Assembly: GCA_963736855.1 (NCBI GenBank)
Contig: CAVTQK010000009.1
Span: 619,769-683,768 of the forward strand
Reading direction: 5' to 3'
Source: an uncultured delta proteobacterium
GTDB lineage: Bacteria > Desulfobacterota > Desulfobacteria > Desulfobacterales > UBA2156
Length of the DNA: 64,000 nt
A model generated the notes under the pieces. The model was not told where the DNA came from. It made no database searches and saw only the letters and a list, made by a program, of their open reading frames with translations. A program made the translations under genes and the position numbers. Positions 41,980-50,329 of this stretch are shown in pieces. Each line of letters starts with the position of its first letter. Position 1 is the stretch's first letter.

Positions 41980-42576
41980 TTTTATCATCCTTCCCAGGCT
42001 GTCCATTTGCTTTTTGTAGCAATCCGGGCAAAGACCATGGGAAAAGTCAACGTCTAAATGTTTTTTAAAGTATGACTCGACTTGAATCCAGTAATCTTTG
42101 TCATTCCTTACCTGTTTGCACACAGCGCAAATGGGAACGATGCGCTCAAGCTCGACTATCTCACTGATGTCTTCAACCACTAGCAGTACCAACTTTTTTC
42201 CCTGAAACAGAAACGGAGAAGCAGTTATCAGAGCGTAAATCTTCCGAATGTGTCCATTTCGTACGAGTTCCATTTTATGCCGACTGCGAACAGCTTTTTT
42301 CCCCTGAAAGGCTTTGTTGACGGAATTTCGGATTATACATTCCTTACAAATGGGAGATCTTCCACAACCTTCCGGTACATCATGCGAATGCAAACAGTGT
42401 AATGCTTCCCCACCACGATGTCTGAGAATACTCGTCCTCTCAGCTGCCAAGAGCGGGGCAGCCGCAGCATTATACTCATAAATTTGCACATCATCATCGA
42501 CCACAAAGATCGGCGAGGGAATTCCGTCGAAAATCGCCCTAAATAGGTCTTCGGGATTTTGTTGGTTTGTAGTCAT
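41947..42576 (-). CDS. PAS-domain protein with C-terminal Cys/His motif
   Basis: IFDGIPSPIFVVD, PICAVCK.VR, FSHGLCPDC; GAGGAG RBS. Confidence 0.8.
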   Translation of the reverse strand: MTTNQQNPEDLFRAIFDGIPSPIFVVDDDVQIYEYNAAAAPLLAAERTSILRHRGGEALHCLHSHDVPEGCGRSPICKECIIRNSVNKAFQGKKAVRSRHKMELVRNGHIRKIYALITASPFLFQGKKLVLLVVEDISEIVELERIVPICAVCKQVRNDKDYWIQVESYFKKHLDVDFSHGLCPDCYKKQMDSLGRMIKAEPSSGGGSE

Positions 42577-43711
42577 CCGATTCTCCTCTTTGAAACCGAA
42601 CATAAAGCTCACCCGCAGCCTCTTTGAGTTTTAAAATGCCCCATTCAATTTTGTCCGGCACAAAAGCCGGAAATGTCAATCTGATAAAAAGACCTTTCTT
42701 GCGCTTTCCCTCCTTACAGTCGGGAGGGATAGCATCCCACGCCGCAGCTACACCCACACCAGCTTGTTTTGCGGATTCGATGAAGGATGCTTCTTTATCA
42801 CTTGAAATATTCTCAAGGGTGAGGGGGGCAAAAAAGCCGCCGCTGATCGCAACTGGAAACGCACCTGGGAACTGGCTATTAAGAGCGGCATTTAATGCCT
42901 CCATTCTCGGCCTGTACAGTTTGCACAAGTATTTGACGAAATCGTCATACCGTCCCGATTCAATAAAATCGGCTATGAACGCCTGAGTCGGCAGATTGGG
43001 GTTTATGCGTGTATTGGCAATAATGCCGGACAGATGCCCCACATAATGATCTGGAACAATCATATACCCGCATTTGGTTCCCGGAGAAATCGTTTTCGTA
43101 AAAGAGCTTGTTAATATGGGTCCCCATTCCGAAACCTCTATCGAGCCATTGGCTTTCCCATCATACCGAAGGGCTTGATAACAGATATCCCATACGCACA
43201 GGATGCTATATTTCCGGCAAATACGTTCAATATCCTTCCGGTTCTCTTCTGTGTAGTTGATCCCTGTTGGGTTTTGATGGAACGGTATTCCGTAAAAAGC
43301 TGCAACCGCGTTCTTATTAGCAACATCTCTGAATTGGTCCAAATCGACCCCTTCCGTCGTCAACTTAACGCCGATCAAATGATGTCCATAGCACTTGGCA
43401 TCGAGTAATACTCGATCGTAGCTTGCTTCTTCAACAATGATATTGCTTTCTCTGGGGAGAGACTTAAAAAAAAGCGAGATAACCTCCAGGCCGCCGTTGC
43501 CGACGATAACTCGCTCCGGATTAACACCATGTAAGCTGCCAATAAGATCCCGCAGCGGCTTGAATCCAGTAAAATGGCCGTATTGAAGCACATCCGTTCC
43601 ATACCGCATGATGACTTTTTCGTATCCCTTTGACGCCATTGGAATAAGGCGCGATAAGGCTTCTTCTGCAGGAACCCCGCGCAAGAAATTGATTGATCGT
43701 TTCTCACTCAT
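42539..43711 (-). CDS. PLP-dependent aminotransferase (MocR/ARO8-like)
   Basis: INFLRGVP, LQYG, HQNPTG, SFTKTISPG; C-terminus runs through a half attC. Confidence 0.8.
   Translation of the reverse strand: MSEKRSINFLRGVPAEEALSRLIPMASKGYEKVIMRYGTDVLQYGHFTGFKPLRDLIGSLHGVNPERVIVGNGGLEVISLFFKSLPRESNIIVEEASYDRVLLDAKCYGHHLIGVKLTTEGVDLDQFRDVANKNAVAAFYGIPFHQNPTGINYTEENRKDIERICRKYSILCVWDICYQALRYDGKANGSIEVSEWGPILTSSFTKTISPGTKCGYMIVPDHYVGHLSGIIANTRINPNLPTQAFIADFIESGRYDDFVKYLCKLYRPRMEALNAALNSQFPGAFPVAISGGFFAPLTLENISSDKEASFIESAKQAGVGVAAAWDAIPPDCKEGKRKKGLFIRLTFPAFVPDKIEWGILKLKEAAGELYVRFQRGESDDYKPTKSRRPI
42595..42619 (-). other. half attC (L'-R' only)
   Basis: minus strand GGTGAGC-TTTAT-GTTCGGT with no upstream complementary arm. 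Confidence 0.5.
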
Positions 43712-43804
43712 TTTGCCCTTTGTTATTTCCCTTCATTTCTTAGTAAAGCATAATGCGGTGCTGTACATATCGAATCGTTAATATTATAAAAAGTTTTTAA
43801 TCGT

Positions 43805-44920
43805 CTATTGCTTCAGTTTATAGAGGGCAATTGCATTTTCTGATGCAATTTTACGCGCCAGATCGGGAGGAAGTGAATTAAGGAATACCGGCGACAATTC
43901 ACGGGTCGGTGGAATCTTTTTAGCAAGCACGGCGGCCGTACCTCTTCCATGGAAGGATGCAGAGGCGATAAAGTTGTCGCTGCCGATCACGAAACGGTTC
44001 GGAAAATCCTTCAACAAGCATAGCCATTCCGGCTTGGTCTGCCTGTCAGGGGTCAACGGGAAATTCTCAGGTGCACGCCCGAGCCCGAGACGCAAGCTCA
44101 TATAGAGATTGGGGTATTTTTGCAGGAGCCTTCGACTCAAATCCGTCGTCCAATGGCCGATATTATCAGACCCTGCATGGGCCCAGCAAATTTTGGCCTT
44201 GGGATTGTGATCGAGAAGTCGTTCAAAGGCTGCCAGATTGCTGTGAAGGACCTTAGGATTGTTGGGAGAGGTTAACCAGTTGGGGGTTGGGATATCCTTG
44301 ATGACAACGTCGAAATGAATATCAATTGGCACGTCATATCGAGCGGCAATGTCGGCAAGTAAAAGCAGAAGCGGGTGGTCGGCCGACACATTTTCATAGG
44401 GATGGTCCTGCCCGTGCAGGGACAGGTGATGGATTGCCATTTCGCCAAAACCGGCTGCTCCCTGGCGGATAATATCGTCGGCTTTTTGTTTAAACTGCTG
44501 CCTCAGGCTTTCACTGACGGCAGGCTTTTCCCCCGCCTGCTGTAGCATGACATTCAGAGATCCTCCTCCACCCAAAAAAGCGAAGCGTGTGGAATTCTGA
44601 TGGAGGGCGGCAACGAATGCATCGTAGTCATAACCGGTGGAGTTATGCGGTGGAGGCATGACGATCATTCTGCTGATGCCGATCTGATCCATTACGGTCA
44701 AGGCAGCACTGAAAGAGCCGCTGAAATCGCGTCGTTCTCCGGGAATCAGATGGTTATGGACATCAATCCAATGGACGGTGCTGGCATGGGGAGCAACGGA
44801 ACCGCCGGCTGCGTTGGAGGCAGGCGCTCCGGCTCCCAATGATTGTGCGATGGCGATCGACATGGTTAATAGCAAAAGGATGACTGCGAGCCGGACAGAA
44901 AGGTTAATCCGCATGATCAT
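43805..44920 (-). CDS. secreted amidohydrolase-family protein
   Basis: signal peptide, IDVHNH, GFGEM, WAHAG, VIGSD. Confidence 0.8.
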   Translation of the reverse strand: MIMRINLSVRLAVILLLLTMSIAIAQSLGAGAPASNAAGGSVAPHASTVHWIDVHNHLIPGERRDFSGSFSAALTVMDQIGISRMIVMPPPHNSTGYDYDAFVAALHQNSTRFAFLGGGGSLNVMLQQAGEKPAVSESLRQQFKQKADDIIRQGAAGFGEMAIHHLSLHGQDHPYENVSADHPLLLLLADIAARYDVPIDIHFDVVIKDIPTPNWLTSPNNPKVLHSNLAAFERLLDHNPKAKICWAHAGSDNIGHWTTDLSRRLLQKYPNLYMSLRLGLGRAPENFPLTPDRQTKPEWLCLLKDFPNRFVIGSDNFIASASFHGRGTAAVLAKKIPPTRELSPVFLNSLPPDLARKIASENAIALYKLKQ

Positions 44921-44942
44921 TCTCCTCTTGCGCCAGTTTCAA

Positions 44943-45008
44943 TCAGACCGGCATTAAAGCTACGCCGCAAAAACAGCAGGTTTTTTCGGCTGATGCCAAT
45001 TGCTAGAA
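44943..45008 (-). other. degenerate attC-like site
   Basis: GGCATTAAAGC...GCTGATGCC inverted arms between cassette genes; neither R box matches the AAC/GTT consensus. Confidence 0.35.
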
Positions 45009-45413
45009 ATTCTTTATCAGTTCACTAATATTCCAAACAAGCTGTCCATATCCTTGATTAATATATAATCCTATCTGCGCAATTAATGAGTATGCTATCG
45101 CAAATTGTGCCAAGGCATAAACAGCAATAGTGAATTGGCTTATGCTAATGATGCCTGCACCAAACTGGGAAATATTGATTATACCGATACCAAATTGCCC
45201 AATCGAAATTATTCCTTTAGCCGGTACCGGTATTCTGTTAGGGCGATATTTGAATGAAATATGAAGTAGAGGCAATCCCATAATGATTGTTTTGCTTTTA
45301 TATTCAAATCCCCAACCATCCCATTTGTCTTTAGCGGGATACGGGGCCCCGCAATTTGGGCAAGCAAAAGCTTGTTCGCTAAGATCATGTCGACACTCTC
45401 TGCATTTTTTCAT
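45003..45413 (-). CDS. zinc-ribbon membrane protein
   Basis: CREC...CPNCGAP, FEYKS...GLPLLHIS, repeated GIISIGQF units. Confidence 0.75.
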   Translation of the reverse strand: MKKCRECRHDLSEQAFACPNCGAPYPAKDKWDGWGFEYKSKTIIMGLPLLHISFKYRPNRIPVPAKGIISIGQFGIGIINISQFGAGIISISQFTIAVYALAQFAIAYSLIAQIGLYINQGYGQLVWNISELIKNF

Positions 45414-45421
45414 GTTTTTCC

Positions 45422-45597
45422 CTACCGGGGACAGATCCGTGAACTTGTTCATGGAACTGATCAACCGAAAGCCAGAATCAGCGGATCGCTCATCAAGGAA
45501 TTCGGTTCGAAGACGGAAGACTTATTCTCTATTCTTGACTTTCCGATCTTTTAAGGAATTTTTTCTTGACATCCGAAGACCATATAGATGTTCGGCT
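45422..45597 (+). mobile_element. solo right-end remnant of an IS1111-attC-like element
   Basis: close match to 61314-61490; ends TTGACATCCGAAGACCATATAGAT|GTTCGGC. Confidence 0.8.
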
Positions 45598-45604
45598 TTT
45601 CCTA

Positions 45605-45952
45605 TTATTTTTGAATTATACGAACCGTTTCTTTTTCATTTTCACCAAGTAGATAGAACACAACAAATTTCGCAGGGGTGTCCCCACCATTTTTAAATTT
45701 GGCGACTCTAACATTTGCTGGTTCGTAAAACGCATCTCCAATCTCAAGGTGCCGGGTTGGTTCACCTTCGATTTCAAAGGCGTTCTTACCTTCCATTACC
45801 ACTCCTATCGTCGGGCAGGAATGTAAATGTAGAGAAGCATCTATTCCAACGTTCATGGCGACTTCTTGAATTTCGACTTTTGTGACAGGCTTGCCTCCAT
45901 CAATAACAGCCGTCAGCAGATCTCTTCTCATAACTGGTTGTGTCATCTTCAT
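45605..45952 (-). CDS. cupin-domain protein
   Basis: HLHSCP..G.V.EG...FEIEG...GDAFYEP. Confidence 0.8.
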   Translation of the reverse strand: MKMTQPVMRRDLLTAVIDGGKPVTKVEIQEVAMNVGIDASLHLHSCPTIGVVMEGKNAFEIEGEPTRHLEIGDAFYEPANVRVAKFKNGGDTPAKFVVFYLLGENEKETVRIIQK

Positions 45953-45982
45953 AGTATTCTCCAAAATTTGTGTATTCTTCCC

Positions 45983-46073
45983 ACCGAACACGGGCGTAAC
46001 CGGAGCGCGGCCTGGGATTTCCTGAAAACGCCAACTCGTGTCCCCGCGCGTCCGGTTGACGCATTCGTTAGGT
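45983..46073 (-). other. attC site
   Basis: minus strand ACCTAAC-GAATG-CGTCAACC...GGTTACG-CCCGT-GTTCGGT. Confidence 0.88.
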
Positions 46074-46490
46074 ACTTCGATTCACAATACCCACGGCTGG
46101 TTTCTTGACTGATAGATAGCTTACTATAAAAAGCAGCACCAGTAGTAACTGGAAGAGGAGGAGAGGAACCAGCCTCTTGTGTGGCATAAAGCCGGAGGTT
46201 ACGGCGAAAACACCACTACTGGCAAGTCCAAAGATCACCATGATGGTAATGATGAGAACACCTCGGCGCTCGTATGGTCGACGGTCAGCCCAGATTAGCA
46301 AAGCAGTCCAACCGAGCATGAGTGAGCCTGCCAGTGCTATTGCGTAGCGATATGGGATCTCCGGGGAATAGTCGCTGAGAGGACTCGTGCGAGCAAGTAT
46401 GGCCTGAGCAAACATTGACATTGCTGCTAATGCATCAGCTACTGCACCGACCCAGTAGCTGATTCGCAACCACTTGGTATTCCCCTCCAT
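46068..46490 (-). CDS. four-TM hypothetical membrane protein
   Basis: hydrophobic segments, LMLGWT.LLIWADRRP.ERRG; stop codon in R''. Confidence 0.75.
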   Translation of the reverse strand: MEGNTKWLRISYWVGAVADALAAMSMFAQAILARTSPLSDYSPEIPYRYAIALAGSLMLGWTALLIWADRRPYERRGVLIITIMVIFGLASSGVFAVTSGFMPHKRLVPLLLFQLLLVLLFIVSYLSVKKPAVGIVNRST

Positions 46491-46539
46491 AAAGACCTCC
46501 GCATACAAGATGTTTCACGACCAACTGTTCGGGCTGGCC

Positions 46540-46598
46540 ACCTAACGCTTGGGCTTTTCGGCGAGCAAAGCGAGTCCGGCAACAGCCCATGGTTGGGG
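46540..46598 (-). other. attC site
   Basis: plus strand ACCTAAC GCTTGGGCT...AGCCCATG GTTGGGG. Confidence 0.75.
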
Positions 46599-46629
46599 CA
46601 ACCTATTTAATTTATACTGATTTTTTATA

Positions 46630-46658
46630 TTGACAATCGTCACGTGACGGTTTACAAT
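46630..46658 (+). promoter_or_regulatory. higBA promoter with operator palindrome
   Basis: TTGACA-17 nt-TACAAT; CGTCACGTGACG in the spacer; ATG 6 nt after the -10 box. Confidence 0.85.
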
Positions 46659-46664
46659 CCCTCT

Positions 46665-46946
46665 ATGATAAAAACATTTGCCGATAAAGAAACGCAACAG
46701 CTTTTTATTGCTGGTAAATCAAAACGGCTACCTTCCGATTTATTAAAAAGAGCTGTAAGGCGTTTAGAATATATACATTATGCAACAAACCTAAATGACC
46801 TCTTGGTGCCTCCAAGTAACCGGCTCCATGCACTAAAAGGAGATAGACAAGGACAACATTCAATATCGATCAATGACCAATGGCGAATTTGTTTCCGATT
46901 CGTCGAAGGTGATGCCTACGATGTTGAAATAACCGATTACCATTGA
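46665..46946 (+). CDS. higB: HigB/RelE-family toxin
   Basis: MIKTFADKET, PPSNRLHALKGDR.GQHSISINDQWRICF. Confidence 0.9.
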   Translation: MIKTFADKETQQLFIAGKSKRLPSDLLKRAVRRLEYIHYATNLNDLLVPPSNRLHALKGDRQGQHSISINDQWRICFRFVEGDAYDVEITDYH

Positions 46947-46957
46947 AGGATATGAAC

Positions 46958-47272
46958 ATGGCCATATCAAACATCACAAAAAGGCAATTACGCCCAACAC
47001 ATCCCGGTGAAATGCTCAAGGAAGATTTCATGCCGGATTTCCATCTAAACGCCACGACTATGGCTAAGGCCTTAGGGGTATCACGCCAAACCATTAATGA
47101 AATTTTAAGGGAACGACGAGCCATAACTCCTGCCATGGCGCTGAGATTATCTCGTCTTTTTGGCAATTCCCCGGAATTTTGGTTGAACGCGCAACACTCA
47201 TGGGATTTGTGGGATTCCGAACAGCGATTCCATGAAGAATTATCTCAAATTCAACCTTTGAGTGCTGCATAA
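46958..47272 (+). CDS. higA: HigA antitoxin
   Basis: PTHPGEML, HTH, ITPAMALRL, PEFWLNAQ. Confidence 0.92.
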   Translation: MAISNITKRQLRPTHPGEMLKEDFMPDFHLNATTMAKALGVSRQTINEILRERRAITPAMALRLSRLFGNSPEFWLNAQHSWDLWDSEQRFHEELSQIQPLSAA

Positions 47273-47312
47273 CTTGCTGCTTTTTTCTGTCCTTTAAAAT
47301 TTCAGCTTAAAG

Positions 47313-47393
47313 CTCCAATGGGCGCCGGTTCACCTGCGGAACCGGAGACAAATTTATTTGGACACGGGGACGTCAGGTGCAACCGCGTTATGT
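47313..47393 (-). other. atypical attC, near-identical to 62135-62218
   Basis: AATGGGCGCCGGTTCACCTG...CAGGTG(C/T)AACCGCGTT; R' reads ATT. Confidence 0.65.
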
Positions 47394-48052
47394 GGCGCCG
47401 GCGTTCGCTTGGAAATATCCCCCGCGACAAGAATGAACGCGCCAATTTCAAACGATGATGGCCATACTCGCTCGATGAATCGCGCGAGTCGTGATGCACT
47501 TGGAACTTGTATCGCTGTGCGCACGGAAAGGTGTTGTACCGGCAGACCGCGAAATAGAGACTTGGCCTCGCGCACAGTATGCCAATGTGCGCCACGGTAA
47601 CCTCCACGGCCGCCGCCTCTTCCTTTCTGCCACCAGAGGAGACTATGCCGATTGAGCAATCCGATTGCGAACCGGCGGCGCGCAACGCGAACGATCTCGC
47701 GGATCGCAGCAACCTCTTCCGGGATAAAGCAGATTGCTGCGATGGACACGACCGAATCGAAGCTTGCGTCTGCATACGACAGAGCACGGGCGTCAGCAAC
47801 GGCGTAGGTTGCTCTACCCACGTCGCGACGACGTGCGTACTCCACCCACTCCGAGTTGATGTCAACGCCTACCACGTTGCCGTCCATTGCGGCAGCAAGT
47901 GTGCGAGTGAAGAACCCAGTACCACAGCCAACGTCCAGCAGCGATTCTTCTGGGCGAGGTTGGAGTCCCTCAAGTATTAGCGCGGCCTCACGCTTCCCGA
48001 TCCATCGACCGCGCGGGGTCTCGTGCCACCGATCGTAGGCTTCTGTATCCAT
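47354..48052 (-). CDS. class I SAM-dependent methyltransferase
   Basis: YDRW, LLDVGCGTG, ADARAL..DASFD. Confidence 0.88.
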   Translation of the reverse strand: MDTEAYDRWHETPRGRWIGKREAALILEGLQPRPEESLLDVGCGTGFFTRTLAAAMDGNVVGVDINSEWVEYARRRDVGRATYAVADARALSYADASFDSVVSIAAICFIPEEVAAIREIVRVARRRFAIGLLNRHSLLWWQKGRGGGRGGYRGAHWHTVREAKSLFRGLPVQHLSVRTAIQVPSASRLARFIERVWPSSFEIGAFILVAGDISKRTPAPHNAVAPDVPVSK

Positions 48053-48067
48053 GTCAGTATCCAAGCC

Positions 48068-48130
48068 ACCTACCGAGAAGCTAACCGACGCGCTGCTTTT
48101 TTGCGCGTCCGGTTGAGCGTTTTGTTATGC
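48068..48130 (-). other. attC site with mutated R' (GGT)
   Basis: minus strand GCATAAC-AAAAC-GCTCAACC...GGTTAGC-TTCTC-GGTAGGT. Confidence 0.75.
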
Positions 48131-48347
48131 GAGCCGTTTTATGTGCGAGGTCGATAAGTGAAAGTAGTGCGCTATTAACGGCCTGTTCGTTCGGGAAGGC
48201 TGCTGCAACTTCCGGTTTAAGAACTACAATGTTTGACGACTCACGAAGACGTTTAGCATACTTACCGCGCACCAAGCCACCGGGAAAATCTGACCGTTTA
48301 TACTCTCCACGTAATTCATCTTTTTTGTTTTCTTTATCCTTCTTCAT
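48081..48347 (-). CDS. BrnA-like antitoxin
   Basis: DELRGEY...RGKYA...VVLKPEVAAAFPNEQAVNSAL; downstream of BrnT. Confidence 0.75.
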   Translation of the reverse strand: MKKDKENKKDELRGEYKRSDFPGGLVRGKYAKRLRESSNIVVLKPEVAAAFPNEQAVNSALLSLIDLAHKTARITKRSTGRAKKQRVG

Positions 48348-48606
48348 ATATTTTTCGTTCTCCCTTGCTCGCAATGCGAGCACTTATGATTCTAATGGTT
48401 TCACTATGTTCTGTATGCGCCACCACCAACAATCTACCTCGTTCTGATACACCGAAGGTGACATACCGATCCTCGAAAACTGAATGGTCTGGATCGGCAC
48501 CAGTAACAGACATCGCATCGTTCAATGCTGTTGCAGCTTCTTCAAAAGAGACTTTGTGCTTACGCAGATTTGAGTTGGCCTTCTTTATATCCCATTCGAA
48601 TTTCAT
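48334..48606 (-). CDS. brnT: BrnT-family toxin
   Basis: MKFEWD..KA.SN.RKH.VSFEEA...HS..EDR...IRIISAR. Confidence 0.9.
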   Translation of the reverse strand: MKFEWDIKKANSNLRKHKVSFEEAATALNDAMSVTGADPDHSVFEDRYVTFGVSERGRLLVVAHTEHSETIRIISARIASKGERKIYEEG

Positions 48607-48642
48607 GTTACTTATTGTATCATTTCTTCATTTTAATTTCAC

Positions 48643-48729
48643 GCATAACGACGGAAATAACCTGCGCCGCCGCCGTTAATGGATTTAAAGCCGTACTTAC
48701 TCGGCGTCAGGTTGATTGATTTGTTGGGC
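48643..48729 (-). other. attC site
   Basis: plus strand GCATAAC...AATAACCTG...CAGGTTGATT GATTT GTTGGGC. Confidence 0.85.
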
Positions 48730-49047
48730 GATTTTTGTAATTTTATGCATGTCTTTTCTCTGCCCGTGAACATGCAGCTTGAATCCCAGCGCGTGAGTCA
48801 CCTTCAAAATCGTCGCAAAGCTCGGATTTCCCTCGCCGGAAAGTGCTTTGTACAGGCTCTCACGGCCCAACCCGGTGTCCTTGGCAAGTTGGCTCATACC
48901 ACGGGCGCGGGCGATGGTACCAAGCGCTTTGGCGATGAAGGCTGCATCGTCGCCAGCTTCTTCCATGCAGGCTTCAAGATACAGGACCATGTCCTCCTCG
49001 GTTTTGAGATATTCGGCGCTATCCCATTTGCGCAACTTCAATGTCAT
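48697..49047 (-). CDS. addiction module antidote (HTH)
   Basis: WDSAEYL, ALGTIARARGMSQLA, RESLYKALS..GNPSFATILKV. Confidence 0.88.
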   Translation of the reverse strand: MTLKLRKWDSAEYLKTEEDMVLYLEACMEEAGDDAAFIAKALGTIARARGMSQLAKDTGLGRESLYKALSGEGNPSFATILKVTHALGFKLHVHGQRKDMHKITKIAQQINQPDAE

Positions 49048-49056
49048 GTCGTCCTC

Positions 49057-49347
49057 CTACAATTTGCGCGCCAGTTGTAGCGCGGTCTTGATATCCTTGC
49101 TCTGTGTAGACTTGTTGCCCCCCGCCAGTAAGATCACCAGTTCTATGCCGCGCTGTACGAAATACACTCGATAGCCCGGCCCATAGTGAATTCGCATCTC
49201 CGATACACCCTCACCCACCGGCGAGCAATCACCGAAATTGCCATCTTCGGCCCGGTCGATGCGTGCTTGAATGCGCGCTACTGCCCGCTTGTCTTTCAGG
49301 CTGGCAAACCAAGCATCGAAGGTGTCCGTAGTCTGAATACTAATCAT
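49057..49347 (-). CDS. addiction module killer (RelE/HigB-like)
   Basis: GNFGD..PVGEGVSEMRIHYGPGYRVYF...LLAGGNKSTQ. Confidence 0.9.
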   Translation of the reverse strand: MISIQTTDTFDAWFASLKDKRAVARIQARIDRAEDGNFGDCSPVGEGVSEMRIHYGPGYRVYFVQRGIELVILLAGGNKSTQSKDIKTALQLARKL

Positions 49348-49414
49348 GATTTATATTTGTAGCATCTGGGATACAAAAAGGCAAGAACTATTTGATACGG
49401 CTCGGTACTGGCAA

Positions 49415-49498
49415 GCCCAATGCTTTGGATCACTTGCAAAAAATAGTGCAAAGCGAAGCGGCGCGCTATTTTTTGTCAAGTGCATCCAATTGTTCGGC
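49415..49498 (-). other. attC site with R' = ATT
   Basis: plus strand GCCCAAT..GGATCACTTG-AAAAAATAG..CTATTTTTT-CAAGTGCATCC AATT GTTCGGC. Confidence 0.8.
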
Positions 49499-49939
49499 TT
49501 CCTTGAGCTTTTCAATATCAATTTTATCTTGTGGTCTTCCGCTAGCTTCCTTTGCACGGATAAGATCAGACCGTGAAATGAAGGGAATTTTAAAATTTTC
49601 CAATTGTACTATTTCACGTTTTTTCCAAGCATCTTCGAATTCAATACCAGGTATCGACATCATTATATCAACCCTTATAGGAGGTCTTCCCATCTGATAA
49701 AAATATCCTTCGTGAGCGAAATCATCTGAAGTAAGATTTTCCAGTGGTGCACCAAATTCTTTTAAAGCAGCATATACAGCTTTTGCATTTTTTTGATCAG
49801 TCGCTATAAATAAATCGAGATCTTTCGTGAAACGAGGTTCACTGTATTTCATCACTGCGTACCCGCCCACAACAAGATATCGAATTTTATACTTTTTGAA
49901 AAGTTTCAATAGATCTTTGAAGTCTGGACTCGTCAGCAT
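49466..49939 (-). CDS. minimal nucleotidyltransferase-like protein
   Basis: YLVVGGYAV...PRFTKDLD...K..SGRPQD..D. Confidence 0.8.
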   Translation of the reverse strand: MLTSPDFKDLLKLFKKYKIRYLVVGGYAVMKYSEPRFTKDLDLFIATDQKNAKAVYAALKEFGAPLENLTSDDFAHEGYFYQMGRPPIRVDIMMSIPGIEFEDAWKKREIVQLENFKIPFISRSDLIRAKEASGRPQDKIDIEKLKEAEQLDALDKK

Positions 49940-50084
49940 TTTTCCCTCGAATTAAAAAATAATCATTTAACATTTCCGTTACCGCCTCAAAAATAGCAAG
50001 ATCTCCTTGGGATTGCCAGAAGCGAATATCAAATGAACGTCTGTCACCTTTTATACGTTGATATTTTTCTTCTATTTTTATCAT
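49887..50084 (-). CDS. small partner of the nucleotidyltransferase (probable TA pair)
   Basis: FDIRFWQSQG...RLQRS; overlaps the NTase start. Confidence 0.6.
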   Translation of the reverse strand: MIKIEEKYQRIKGDRRSFDIRFWQSQGDLAIFEAVTEMLNDYFLIRGKNADESRLQRSIETFQKV

Positions 50085-50107
50085 TTCTTATTCCTATGGT
50101 TTTATGT

Positions 50108-50157
50108 ATGCAACATTCCGCATCACCGACTGCGTCCGGTGAATGCGGTGGTTATCA
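50108..50157 (-). other. short attC site (50 bp)
   Basis: plus strand ATGCAAC..CCGCATCACCG...CGGTGAATGCGG..GTTATCA. Confidence 0.7.
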
Positions 50158-50329
50158 GCCAATGAACCGGCCCGAATCATTTTTCTTTGCCGGGGTTTCG
50201 TAGCCGATTCATATCTTCCCGCCGAATTGACATGGCCGGGTTTTTGACCGGCCCGGCGCAATTTCACATCGCGAATCAATACCATATCAACCGGATATTG
50301 TAACGGGTATAAACCTTGCGGTCTTTCCC

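Noticed and set aside
43748..43783. Possible attC between the aminotransferase and amidohydrolase (GCATAAT...GTTAATA)
   Set aside because: Too short, with no convincing complementary L arms.
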